Below are positions 1-13,630 of a stretch of 64,000 nt of DNA, piece by piece. The stretch is from NCBI RefSeq assembly GCF_009914755.1, contig NC_060926.1. One strand, written 5' to 3'. A model generated the notes under the pieces. It was given only the letters and a program-made list of their open reading frames with translations, did no database searches and had not been told where the DNA came from. The position numbers and the translations under genes are program-made. Numbering within the stretch: the first letter of the stretch is position 1; each line of letters opens with the position of its first letter. Source of the stretch: the human T2T-CHM13v2.0 reference genome, Homo sapiens.

Positions 1-18
1 ATATATATATATATATAT
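1..18. repeat. (AT)n microsatellite, probably truncated by the window edge
   Basis: atatatatatatatatat. Confidence 0.9.
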
Positions 19-1660
19 AAAATACCAAATGCTGGCCGAGATGCAGAGCAACAGTAACTTTCACAATTTCTGGTGTGATTGTAAAATAGTATAGCCACTT
101 TGGAATATCCTTTGGCAGTTTCTTACAAACTTAAAGATAGTTTTAACATATAATTTAGCAGTCAGTCTTCTAAGTGCTCTAATAATTTTAAAATATCATG
201 TCCATAGAAAAATATTGTATCCATTTGTTTTTCGCAGTTTTATTCATAATAGTCAAAACTGGAAGGAACCAAGATGTCCTTCAGTAGGTGATTTGAGACA
301 TGGTGGAATATCCATATAAAAGAACACTCTTCAGAATAAAAATGAATGGGTTATCAAGCTATGAACCCAAAGGATTATAAATCATGCTACTATAAAGGCA
401 CATGCACACATATGTTTATTGTGGCACTATTCACAATAGCAAAGACTTGGAACCCACCCAAATGTCCATCAATGATAGACTGGATTAAGAAAATATGGCA
501 CATATACACCATGGAATACTATGCAGCCATAAAAAAGGATGAGTTCATGTCCTTTGCAGGGACATTGATGAAGCTGGAAACCATCATTATCAGAAAACTA
601 TTACAAGGACAGAAATCCAAACGCCGCATGTTCTCACTCATTGGTGGGAATTGAGCAATGAGAACACATGGACACAGGGTGGGGAATATCACACACCGGG
701 GCCTGTCAGGGGGTGGAGGTCTGGGGGAGGGATAGCATTAGGAGAAACACCTAATGTAAATGACGAGTTGATGGGTGCAGCAAACCAACAGGGCACGTGT
801 ATACCTATGTAACAAATCTGCACGTTATGCACATGTACCTTAGAACTTAAAGTATAATAATTTAAAAAAAGAAAATATATGGATAAGTCTTTAATACATA
901 TTGCTAAGTAAAAGAAGAAAGCCTGGAAAGATTATAAGCTATATGATTCCAAATATATGTATAACATTCTGGAAAGGTAAAACCATAGAGACAATAAATA
1001 GATTAGTGATTGCCAGGTGGCAGGGAAGAAAGTTGTGGTGGGAGGATTGAATAGATAAAGCACAAAGAATTTTTTTTTAGGGCAATAAACCATGCTGTGT
1101 GATACTGTAGTAGGTGATACATGATACTGCATTTATCAAACCCCATAGAACTTCATAGCTCAGCAAATGAAATAATGTATGCAGATTTAAACAAAAATCA
1201 TTTAGGAGATTGGAAGATTCCACAATGGAATGCAGAATGTGATGAAAGAATCTGTTTACCAAATGTATTAAATGGTGTTATTGAAAAAGGTGGGGGAAAT
1301 GGTACTGACTTAAATAACTTTGGAAATGAGTGGTCTGCAAGACTATAAACAAAAGGTACTGCACAAATGCACTATATGTCATTTGACAAGTTTGTGTCCC
1401 GAAGAGGTATAGGTTTACAATTCTGAAATTAGTATATATGCTTAATTGAATTTAACAATTGTATTTGCGTCGCAGATCAAGAGACATAAGTTTCTTGCTG
1501 TTGGAGTGGGACGTTACAGATAAAAATTGGAAGAGAAGAGAATGATCTATACGGTGATAGATTAGGATTGAGCATGATTATGAACTACTGTTTAGCTTAA
1601 TATATGTATAGATGGTAGCATATAGAAATATTTATAGATATGTGCATTTATGTATTCATG
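19..1660 (+). mobile_element. Ancient L1 3' region (L1MC3-like), interrupted by an L1PA at ~364-870
   Basis: Degraded ORF2 end plus L1MC3-type 3' UTR motifs (caaaaccccatagaac, aataactttggaaatgagtgg, gttggagtggg..ttacagataa). The host sequence is continuous across the insert. Confidence 0.75.
364..870 (+). mobile_element. 5'-truncated L1PA (about L1PA6-8): ORF2 C-terminus, 3' UTR and A tail
   Basis: ORF 346..654 encodes the L1 ORF2 C-terminus (TCTHMFIVALFTIAKTW...MFSLIGGN). G-rich 3' UTR and cttaaagtataataa tail follow. Confidence 0.93.
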
Positions 1661-2285
1661 TCCTGACAGAGGGCAGAGAGATCCCATTCTACAGGGAGGG
1701 AAAAATAAATCTTAGCTATGTCAAATTTTTTACCTCATAAATCCATTATTGCCTAGAGCAAAACACTAGTTTTTTGTATGTTGTGTACCAGGAAGGGGTG
1801 ATGCAATGAAAGAGTTTTTGGGGCAGGTGTTAAAGGCAGGGAGCCCTGGAGAGAGTTTGAAAGTAAAAGATCATCAAGCTAAAGGAAACTAAAGGAAAAG
1901 GGCCATGCTGGGCAGAATTCAGAAAATGAATGTTTGATGCATCCCAGCAGAGAGCTTCTCTAGGCTCTTCCTCTTCACAGTGGTTAGCACATGCTGTGCT
2001 CCACGGGGCCACAGAGCACTTGACAGTCACTCTGCATTAAGTTTTCCTACCAGGTAAGTCATATGAAGCAACAGGGAGCAATGAGGGTTAATCCTTCCCT
2101 GGCCTCTATGAGCAAGAAAATCATCAACATCCCAAATTCTAAGAAAAGAGGCTAGTATCAAACAAACAAGCACATAAACAAACAAAAATACTTCCTCATT
2201 AGCATGGCTATGCTTTGCACAATTCTCTGATTACCTCTGCATCAGATTATTTTTGAACACAATGGAATATTAATACCTAACTGAA

Positions 2286-2400
2286 GCAGGGCACAGTGGT
2301 TCATGCCTATCTCAGGGGGAGGTTGCAGTGAACCGAGATCGTGTCACTGCACTCCAGCCTAGATGACAGAGTGTGACCCTGTCTCAAAGTAATCATTAGT
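2286..2400 (+). mobile_element. Internally deleted Alu (5' head fused to the right-arm 3' end) with 20-bp TSD
   Basis: gcagggcacagtggttcatgcct joins gaggttgcagtgaaccgagatc...gtctcaaa. Flanks are aatattaatacctaactgaa (2266-2285) and aataataatacccatctgaa (2401-2420). Confidence 0.8.
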
Positions 2401-2479
2401 AATAATAATACCCATCTGAAAGTTTCTCTTCATTTAAACTTTTTTAGCAATATAATAAGTAAACAAATTTAATCAGCAG

Positions 2480-3100
2480 TTGTTTAAGAGAAACGGAACT
2501 CTAAATGAGCAATAATTAACATGGTAACATACCCAGATTCTCTTGTAGTCAAGTAAATACAAATTAAAAGCACAACAAAAAAATCTTTTAGGATTCATAA
2601 TGTTGGTACTTTTATCATTTGACAATATCAAGAGTTAGATAGGATGCAGGAAAACAGGAATTCTCATATACTGCCAGTAAGAGTATAAAATTATGGCAAT
2701 AACTTTAGAAAACAATGTGGCAATTATGTTACAATTTTGGGATATGCCTGATCTGTGGCTCAGCAATACTAGTCCTTGATAATGCACCTAAGAAAAGCTC
2801 TCACAGGTACAAAGTAGTCATGCAACAGTCATTCTCTGATCTAACAAAGGTTGGAAACAATCTGAATCTATGCTGTCTAGTTAAGTAGCTTCTGATCACT
2901 TGAGGTATATATTGTTGCATGGAAACATAAAAAGTAATAGGTATGTAAAGGAATACATGGAAATAAAGTATTTAAATTTCTGGAGAGTGGTTGTCTTCTA
3001 AGAAAGAGTGAAAGGAATAAGGACATTCAGTGTGTTTGTAAAACTTTTATACTTTAAGCTGGGAGGTGGGTAGAAGGAATCTTATACTTTTCTCTACAAA
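2480..3100 (+). mobile_element. Highly degraded L1ME-like ORF2 3'/UTR fragment
   Basis: aaatacaaattaaaagcaca...ggaattctcatatactgcc...tttagaaaacaatgtggca resembles old L1M 3' sequence. Confidence 0.55.
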
Positions 3101-3704
3101 CTTTTTAATTTTTAATTTTTTAATGATTATGAATAAATAATAAACATATGTATAGGGTACATGTGATATTTTGACACAAACCTACAATGTGCAATGATCA
3201 AATCAGGATAATTGGGGTACAAATCACCTCAATTATTTGTCATTTCTTTGAGCTAGGAACATTCTAATTCTGCTCATTAAGTTATTTGAAATATACAATA
3301 AATTATTGTTAACTATAGTCAGCCTATTGTGCTACCAAATATTAGATCTTATTCCTTCTGTCTAATTGCATATTTCTGTACCCATTAACCATCCTTATTT
3401 TATACCCCCTCCCCACTACTCTTTTCAGCCTCTGGTAAACATTCTGCCCTCTATCATTATGGGTTCAATTCTTTTTTATCTCCCAAATATTACTTAGAAC
3501 ATGCAATATTTGTTTTCAGTGTCTAGTTTATTTCACTTATAATGACCTCCAGTTTCACCCATGTTGTTACAAATGACAGGATTTCATTCTTTTTTTATGG
3601 CTAAATAACATTCCATTGTGTATATGTACTATATTTTTAAATCCATTAATCTGTTGATGAACGCAAGTTGATTCCATATCTTAGCTCTTTTGAATACTAC
3701 TATA

Positions 3705-3984
<280 letters not shown>

Positions 3985-5084
3985 CTACTATAATAAACAT
4001 GGGAGTGCAGATATCTCTTTGATATACTGATTTTCTTTCATTTGGATATATATGCATCAGTGGGTTTGCTAAACCATGTGGAAGTCCTATTTTTAGTTTT
4101 TTGAGGAAACTCCATAATATTCTCTATAGTGGCTGTAGTAATTTACATTTCTGCCAGCAGTGTATAAGGGGCCCCTTTCTTCACATTTTCACCAGAACTT
4201 GTTATTGCCTGTCTTTTGAATAAAAGCCACTTTTACTGGGGTGAGCTGATATCTCATTGTGGTTTTGATTTGCATTTCCCTGATGATTAGTGATGTTGTT
4301 GAGAATTTTTTTTTTAAATAAAGCTTTTGGCCATTTGTATGTCTTCTTTTGAGAACTGTCTATTCAAACCTTTTGTTTATTTTTTGATTAGATTATTTGT
4401 CTCCCCTCCCCACTGAGTTGTTTCAACTCCTGATTTATTCTGGTTTTTCTGTTGTCAGATGGGTGGTTTGCAAATATTTTCTGTCATTTGTGTATTGTCT
4501 CTTCACTTTGTTGAGATTTGATTATTGTGTATGTTTAGAGATAAGGGTCTAGTTTCATTCTTCTGCATATAGTTATCTAGGTTTTTGAGCATCATTTGTT
4601 AAAAAGGCTGTCCTATCCCAGTGTATATTCTTGACACCTTGTCAAAAATAAGTTGAGTATAAATATGTGGATTTATTTCTAGGTTTTTTATTCTGTTCCA
4701 TTTATCATTGGTCTATATGTCCGTTTTATGCCAGTACCATGCTGTTTTGGTTACTATAGCTTTGTAGTATAATTTAGAGTCAGATGATGCCTGCAGCTTT
4801 GTTCTTTTTCCTCAAGATGGCTTTCACTATTCTGGTTCTTTTGTGGGTTCATATAAATTTTAGAATTATTTTTCTTATTTCTGTCTTTGGTATTTTGATA
4901 GGGATTGCATTGAATCTATACATTGCCTTGGATAGTGTGAACATTTTAACAATATTGGCTCTTTCAACCAATAAACATGGAATATCTTTCCATTTTTTGT
5001 GTCTTATTTAGCTTCTTTCATCAATACACTAGAGTTTTCATTGTAAAGATCTTTCACTTCTTTGGTAAGCTTATTCCTAGGTAT

Positions 5085-5330
5085 TTTATTTTATTATATT
5101 TATTGTATATTATACGTATATATTATACAATTTTAATATGCAAAAAATATATAATTGTATAATTGTATTATACATATTATATTGTAATATTGTATATTAT
5201 TGTATTATACAATGAATATAATATAATTATATAATATTTATAATATTCATTAATATAATAAATCATAAATTAAAAATAAGTTATAATTATATGTAATTTA
5301 TTATATATGATATTAATATATTTTATTATA
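5085..5330. repeat. Low-complexity TA-rich expansion inside the L1MA
   Basis: Almost purely A/T degenerate tatat/tattg/ataat units. Confidence 0.85.
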
Positions 5331-5973
5331 AATGGAATTACTTTTTCAGATTGTTTGCTGTTTGCATATAGAAATGCTACTGATTTTGGTATGTTGATTT
5401 TGTATCCTGCAACTTTACTGAATTTGCTTATCAGTTCTAATAGTTCTTTGGTACAGTATTTAGGATTTTCTAAAAGTAAGATCATATCAAACAAGGGTAG
5501 TTTGAATTCTTCCTTTCCAATTTGGATGCCCTTAATTTTTTTCTTTTGTCTGATTGCTCTAGTGAGGACCTTCAGTACTATGTTGAATAACAGTGGTTAT
5601 TCAACAGGGCATCCTGTCTTGTTCCAGATCTTAGAGGAAAAAGACTTTCAGTTTTTCCATGTTCAGTATGATACTAGCTTTGGATCTGTCATTGATGGCT
5701 TTCATTGGGTTGACGTATGTTGTTTCTGTACCCAGTTTTTAAGGGTTTTTATCATGAAAGAATGTTGAATTTTATCAAATGCTTTTTCAGCATCAATTGA
5801 AATGATCATATGGTTTTTGTCCTTTATTCTCTTATTATGATGTATCACATTGATTGATTCGCATATGTTAAACCATGCTTGAATCCCTCAGATTCAAGGA
5901 TGTGACCCACTTGGTCACAATGAAGATCTTTTTAATGTTATTGAATTCAGTTTTTAAGAGATGGGGACTTTCA

Positions 5974-6333
5974 AAGTGAGGAGTTCCTCTGCCCGGCCGC
6001 CCCACCATCTGGGAAGGGAGGAGCGCCTCTGCCCGCCGCCACCAGGTCGGGGTAGTGAGGAGGGCCTCTGCCTTGCTGCCGCCCCCTCTGGGAAGTGAGG
6101 GGCGCCTCTGCCCGGCTGCCCCACCATCTGGGAAGTGAGGGCGCCTCGGCCCGGCTGCCCCACAATCTGGGAAGTGAGGGGCGCCTCTGCCTGGCGGCTG
6201 TGCAACCCTCCAAGTGTGAAGTGACAGCCTTGTGTGTGATCTTCCTGCCCTCCCCAAGTTTGCATTTTCGACATTAAAGCTTACTTTTTAATTAAAAGTT
6301 TTAAATTGGAGAATTAAAAAAAAAGAGAGAGAG
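5974..6333 (+). mobile_element. SVA2-type element: SVA-like VNTR + unique 3' segment + A tail, 5'-truncated, 17-bp TSD
   Basis: About 5.5 GC-rich ~39-bp units (gggaagtgagg.gcgcctctgcccggc.gcccc), then gtgcaaccctccaagtgtgaagtgacagcc...attaaa and an A tail, with no SINE-R. TSD agagatgggg[a/c]ctttca at 5957-5973 and 6334-6350. Confidence 0.85.
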
Positions 6334-7024
6334 AGAGATGGGGCCTTTCAGAGTTGATTAAGCCTTCAGGACTTCTCTTGGGGATGGGATTAAGCCCCTT
6401 TTAGAAATTGCTTCACTTAATGTTCAGCCCTCTTGCCTTCTGCCTTGTGAGGACACAGCACTCCTTCCCTCCGAAGGATGCAGCAACAAGGCACCATCTG
6501 GGAAGTAGAGAGCAGCCTTTGCCAGATAACAGAACCTGCCAGCACCTTAATCTTCGACTTCCCAGCGCCAAAACTGTGTGATATAATTTCTGTTCTTTAT
6601 AAATTACTCAGTAGTATGGTTTGGCTCTGTGTCCCCCACCCAAATCTCACTTTGAATTGTAATCCCCATATGTCAAGGGCAGGAGCAGGTGGAGGTAATT
6701 GGATCATGAGGGCTGTTTCCCTCAAGCTGTTCTGGTGGTAGTGAGGGAGTTCTCATGAGACCAGATGGTTTTACAAGCATCTGGCATTTCCTCTGCTTGC
6801 ACTCTCTCTGTCCCGCCGCCCTGTGAAGAAGGTGCCGGCTTCTCCTTTGCCTTCCACTGTGACTATAACTTTCTGGAAGCCTCCCCAGCAATGTGGAACT
6901 GTGGGTCACTTAAACCTCTTTCCTTTAGAAATTACCCAATCTCAGGCAGTTCTTTATAGCAGCGTGAGAATGAACTAATACACCCAGACGCAAGTATTTT
7001 GTAATGGCAGCACAGACTAAGCCA
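6334..7024 (+). mobile_element. MSTD-like MaLR LTR (5' part missing), interrupted by a THE1-type LTR
   Basis: gatgcagcaacaaggcaccatct...cttaatcttcgacttcccagc...ttctttataaattac, resuming at 6983 and ending cagcacagactaagcca. Confidence 0.75.
6612..6982 (+). mobile_element. Solo LTR, THE1D/MSTA-like
   Basis: tagtatggtttggctctgtgtccc...gagaatgaactaataca, with 5-bp TSD ctcag/cccag. Confidence 0.88.
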
Positions 7025-7380
7025 ATACTATTCCACAGAATACCTGATCAGTACTCAAAATGCTTGGGACCATCAAAAACAAACCAAGAAAAGGCTGAGA
7101 AATTATCACCAAGAGGAGCTTAAGGAGACATGGCAGTGAAATGTCATGTGGTATCCTGAATGGAATCATAAAACAGAAAGAGGCAGTACATAAAAATAAA
7201 AATATTTGAATAAAGTACAGATCTTAGTTAATAATGTATTAATATTGGTTCATTGATTATAACTACTGTACCACACTAATGCAAGATGTCAAAAATGGAA
7301 AAAATGGCTATAGGCGTATGGGAACTCTGTACTACCTTCACAATTTTTATGTATCTGAAAATAGTTTATTTTTAAAGACA
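7025..7380 (+). mobile_element. L1MC3-like extreme 3' end
   Basis: aagaggagcttaaggagacatg...gtggtatcctg...ggaactctgtactac. Confidence 0.7.
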
Positions 7381-8998
7381 ATTAGTAAAGAGTTTAAAAT
7401 ATATTGTGTTAGTAATTAATATTGGATGTAAGAGAATTTAGAGTGTAGCAAGGTATTTACGTAAAATTTATTATAAGATGGAACTCTTGAGATGAGTCCT
7501 CAAGGGCTTAAAAATAAGTTTAGTATGACTGGGGTTTCCAATCAAGAGGAAAAGCATATGGTGTATACCCACTACCTGAGATTCAATAAATACCCCACAA
7601 TCTCCATTTGTGACAGAATGAAGATACCAGAGGGAATGACATATTTGAGGCTGGTGAGCTTGTAAGGAGATGAACAGGCAATAAGAGCAAGGATGATCAT
7701 AGAGGGTGTTATGTGGCATTTATAGGAGTCCAGGAGTAATTAACTTTTGGTGTATTTGGATTGTTGTAGGAAATCTGGAGACCAGAAGTATACAGTGTAG
7801 TTGATGTGCGGCTAATCTAAGGCAACTGCTGTGGGATAAATAACTCAGAAATACAAGGGAGTATAAAATAATCTTTGTAACTATTCAAGCATGATAGGAG
7901 AATAGCATGTTGAAACAAAATGATGTTTCTCACTGGCAGATGCAAGCAAGGTTAATAACATATTAATGTTTTCATGTTTTTATACATCTCTAGAGACTTG
8001 TTAAAGGTCAAAGCAAGAAATTCATAACTGAATTCAGAACAACAGGCATAGTTGCTTTAGCTTGAAATACCTATGAACCCCAACCTTAAGAAGTAGATAT
8101 CAGTAGATTTATTCAGATACTAGATTTAATTCCTCTATGAAGTTTAACATTTTGATATTTCAAAATTTACTGACACTTATTTTATGGCACAACATAAAGG
8201 CTAAAGAGGAAGTTGAGATTTTTACACCTGCTGTGCAGTAATGAGTGACCTCTTTCTCCACTGTGTTAGGAGAGAGTACATGAGATCTTGGACTTCCATT
8301 CCCACATGGAGGTAATGAGACATTCCTCCGTCTTCTAGCTGGAGTGGTGTGAGAGGAGGCTTAATGCAGCATCAGGAATTTCAACAGTGTCCAATAGTAA
8401 CAAAGCCAGACACCCTCAGTGTCAATATAGGACACATGGGAGATGGTAAAAAGGCATTCCTCTCCCTCCCAGCCAGGTGAGTATAGTAGAGGCTTAGTAG
8501 ACAACTGTAACTCCTACACATTTGAGGAGAAATAGGGAATTTGTACTGCTTGGGTATTAATGGATGTTGACTATGGTTTGTGGTCTTCTACCCTACATAG
8601 CAATAAGGATGCAGTACCCCACTTTTTTCTGATGGAGTAGTGACAGAGAAGTCAAGGTAAACCTAGGTTTTAAATAAGATTGAGAAAAATTATAGCATAC
8701 TATGAAAACAAGATTTCCATCAAAAATTACCCATCATACCAAGAAGCAGAAAAGTCTGTACTTAAAAGAGGATGATAATAGATGCCAATACCAAGATGAT
8801 GGTGATGATAGAATTATCTGACAAAGATTTGAAAGCAATTACTATAAAGTGCTTCAATGAACAATTTTAAACATGTTTGATAAAAATATTCAAAAATAGA
8901 AGATCTTAACCAAAATATAGAAAGTTTCAGCAAAAAAAAAAATAGAAGATGTAAAAACAAACTAAATGGAAATTGTAGAACTTAAAAATAAAATTAAA

Positions 8999-9495
8999 AA
9001 ATCATGCTGCTGTAAAGACACATGCACACTTATGTTTATTGTGGCACTACTCACAATAGCAAAGACTTGGAACCCACCCAAATGTCTATCAATGATAGAC
9101 TGGGTTAAGAAAATGTGACACATATACACCATGGAATACTATGCAGCCATGAAAAAGGATGAGTTCATGTCCTTTGTAGGGACATGGATGAAGCTAGAAA
9201 CCATTATTCTCAGCAAACTATCGCAAGGACAAAAAACCAAACACCACATGTTCTCACTCATAGGTGGGAATTGAACAATGAGAACATTTGGACACAGGAA
9301 GGGGAACATCACACACTGAGGCCTGTCCTGGGGTGGGGGAAGGGGGGAGGGATATCATTAGGAGATATGCCTAATGTAAATGACAAGTTAATGGATGCAG
9401 CACACCAACATGGCACATGTGTACATATGTAACAAACCTGCAGGTTGTGCACATGTTCCCCAGAACTTCAAGTATAATAAAAAAAGAAAAAAAAA
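8999..9495 (+). mobile_element. 5'-truncated L1PA (about L1PA5-7) 3' end
   Basis: aaatcatgctgctgtaaagacacatgc...cagaacttcaagtataataa followed by an A tail. Confidence 0.93.
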
Positions 9496-10103
9496 GAAAC
9501 TCAGAAAAATGAATAAAGCAGAGAAAATAATCAGTGAAATTGAAATGAAACAGTAGAAATTACCTAAACTGAAATGGAAAGAGAAAATAAACTAAACATT
9601 AAAATGAACAGAGCCTTAGAGAAAAGTGGAAGCTATAACAAAAGATCTAACGTTTGTATTATTGAAGTTCTGAAAAAAAAAATAGGTGGGAGGGGCTGAA
9701 GAAAGAGTTGAATGTCATAATGACTGAAAAAAATTCCAATTTGGTGAAATATATAAACCTATAGTATGAAGAGCTGAATTAACCCCAATCAGGAAAATCT
9801 GAAAGAAGTGGACACTAAGACACATAATAATCAAATTTCTAAAAACTAAAAACACTGAAAGAAAACCTTGAAAACAGCAAGAGAGAATGAGAACTTAAAT
9901 ATAGAAGAAAATAATTCAAAACACAGCTGATTTATAAGCCAAAACAATGGAGGCCAATAGGAAGTGAGATATTTTTCAAGTCTGAAGCTAAAGATAACCA
10001 TAATTCTATAACTAGCAGAATTATCTTTCAGGAATAAAGGGAGAGTCCAGACATCCTCAGATTAAGAAAAACTAAGTGAATTTGTTGTCATTAGAACAAT
10101 CTT

Positions 10104-10289
10104 TTTTTTTTCTCTTTCTCTTTTTTTTTTTTTTTTTTTTGTGAGACGGAGTCTTGCTCTGTCACCCAGGCTGGAGTGCAGTGGCGCGATCTTGACCACT
10201 GCAAGCTCTGCCTCTCGGGTTCAGGCCATTCTCCTGCCTCAGCCTCCTGAGTAGCTGGGACTACAGGTGCCCACCACCATGCCCAGCTA

Positions 10290-10347
<58 letters not shown>

Positions 10348-10468
10348 TTTGGTAGAGACGGGGTTTCACCATGTTAGCCAGGATGATCTCGATCTCCTGA
10401 CCTCGTGATCCTCCCACCTCGGTCTCCCAAAGTGCTGGGATTACAGGCATGAGCCACCATGCCCGGCC
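10104..10468 (-). mobile_element. AluY-like, 11-bp TSD, with (GT)n in the middle A-rich linker
   Basis: Full Alu reverse complement. TSD agaacaatctt at 10093-10103 and 10469-10479. Confidence 0.95.
10295..10344. repeat. (GT)25 perfect microsatellite
   Basis: 50-bp uninterrupted gt run. Confidence 0.97.
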
Positions 10469-10899
10469 AGAACAATCTTAAATAAATAGCTACAGACAGA
10501 TTTCTAAACAAAAAGGAATGAATAAAAGAGGAACATTGGAAAATCAGGAAGAAATAAAAAGTGGAAAAAGGAAAAATACAATCAAATACATACATTTTAT
10601 TATCCTTTTGATTTTTCTAAATAATGTTAGGTACTTAAAAAAAGTGTGATACTATATGATTTGACTCAAATATATTTAGAAGCAGTATTTGAAACAATTA
10701 TAAATGGTGGAGGATAAAAGATGGTACCAGGATATAAAATTTCCAAATTTTACTCAAATTGGTAGAATGCTAGCTCTAGTAGACATGACAAATTATGTAT
10801 ATATAATGTTTTACCAAGAACAACCATAAAAAATCTATATAAATTCACTCAAAAGCACTATGGATAAATAAAACAGAAATTTAAAATATTTTCGAGAAT

Positions 10900-12810
<1,911 letters not shown>

Positions 12811-13579
12811 AAATACTAATAATTATACTTCACAGAAAGTATATAAATTAATTTTAAAATCTCAAATAACATAGAAGAAAGCAGAAAAAAAGAGATACAA
12901 AATAGACGAGAAAAAAATTAAAATGATACATAAGCTCTACAGTATAAATAATTTAAATTTAAATGGTCTAAATGCACAATTAAATTAAAGAAATTGATGG
13001 TGTAGATTTAAAAAACAGGACCCGAGGGTATGCTTTTTATAAGAAACAGCCTTCAAATATAATGAGGAAAGTTAAAAGTAAAAAAATGGGGAAAAACATA
13101 TCATATAAATATTAATGAAATTAATCAAGAGTGATTACAATAATATTACCAGGATAGAGTGAAACATTATTTAATGATAAAAAGTACAATTCACCAAGAA
13201 AAGTAGCACTTCTAATTATGTATGAATCAAACAATAGAGCTGTAAAATACATGAAGCAAAAACTGACAAAGCTGAAAAGAAAAATAGGAAATTACACTAT
13301 TACAGTGGAAAACTTTAACATTTCTCTCTCAGCAAATGATATAGAAATTAGGCATAAATCTGCAATGATAAAAAACTCAACACATGATTAACCAAAAGGA
13401 TCTGATCAACAGTAGACAATGAATAATACACAGTATTTTCAACTGCCTATATAAATTATACTAAATTAGACTACATCCTGGACCAGAAAAGAAACCTCAG
13501 CACATTTCAAAGAATTAAAATCATACACAGTATAGTCTCCCTCTACAATGGAATCAAACTAGAATTCACAAACAGAAGA

Positions 13580-13630
13580 GTTAGTTATAGTGGCATGTGC
13601 CTGTAGTCCTAGCTACCAGATCAGCTGAGA
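13580..13630 (+). mobile_element. Short Alu/FLAM-like fragment
   Basis: gtggcatgtgcctgtagtcctagctac. Confidence 0.55.

Noticed and set aside
5974-6200. GC-rich ~39-bp repeats as a CRISPR array, CpG-island promoter or coding repeat (ORFs 5868..6257, 5954..6274)
   Set aside because: The units are contiguous with no unique spacers and match the SVA VNTR. GC-rich VNTRs lack stop codons by composition.
6492-6506. 15-nt match (caccatctgggaagt) between the MSTD LTR and the neighbouring VNTR unit
   Set aside because: The LTR consensus is already similar here, so a few substitutions explain it. Too short to claim gene conversion.
10091-10450. ORF with a poly-(HT) tract, and other Alu ORFs (3776..4057, 11738..12088, 26948..27256)
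   Set aside because: These are translations of Alu and (CA)n sequence.
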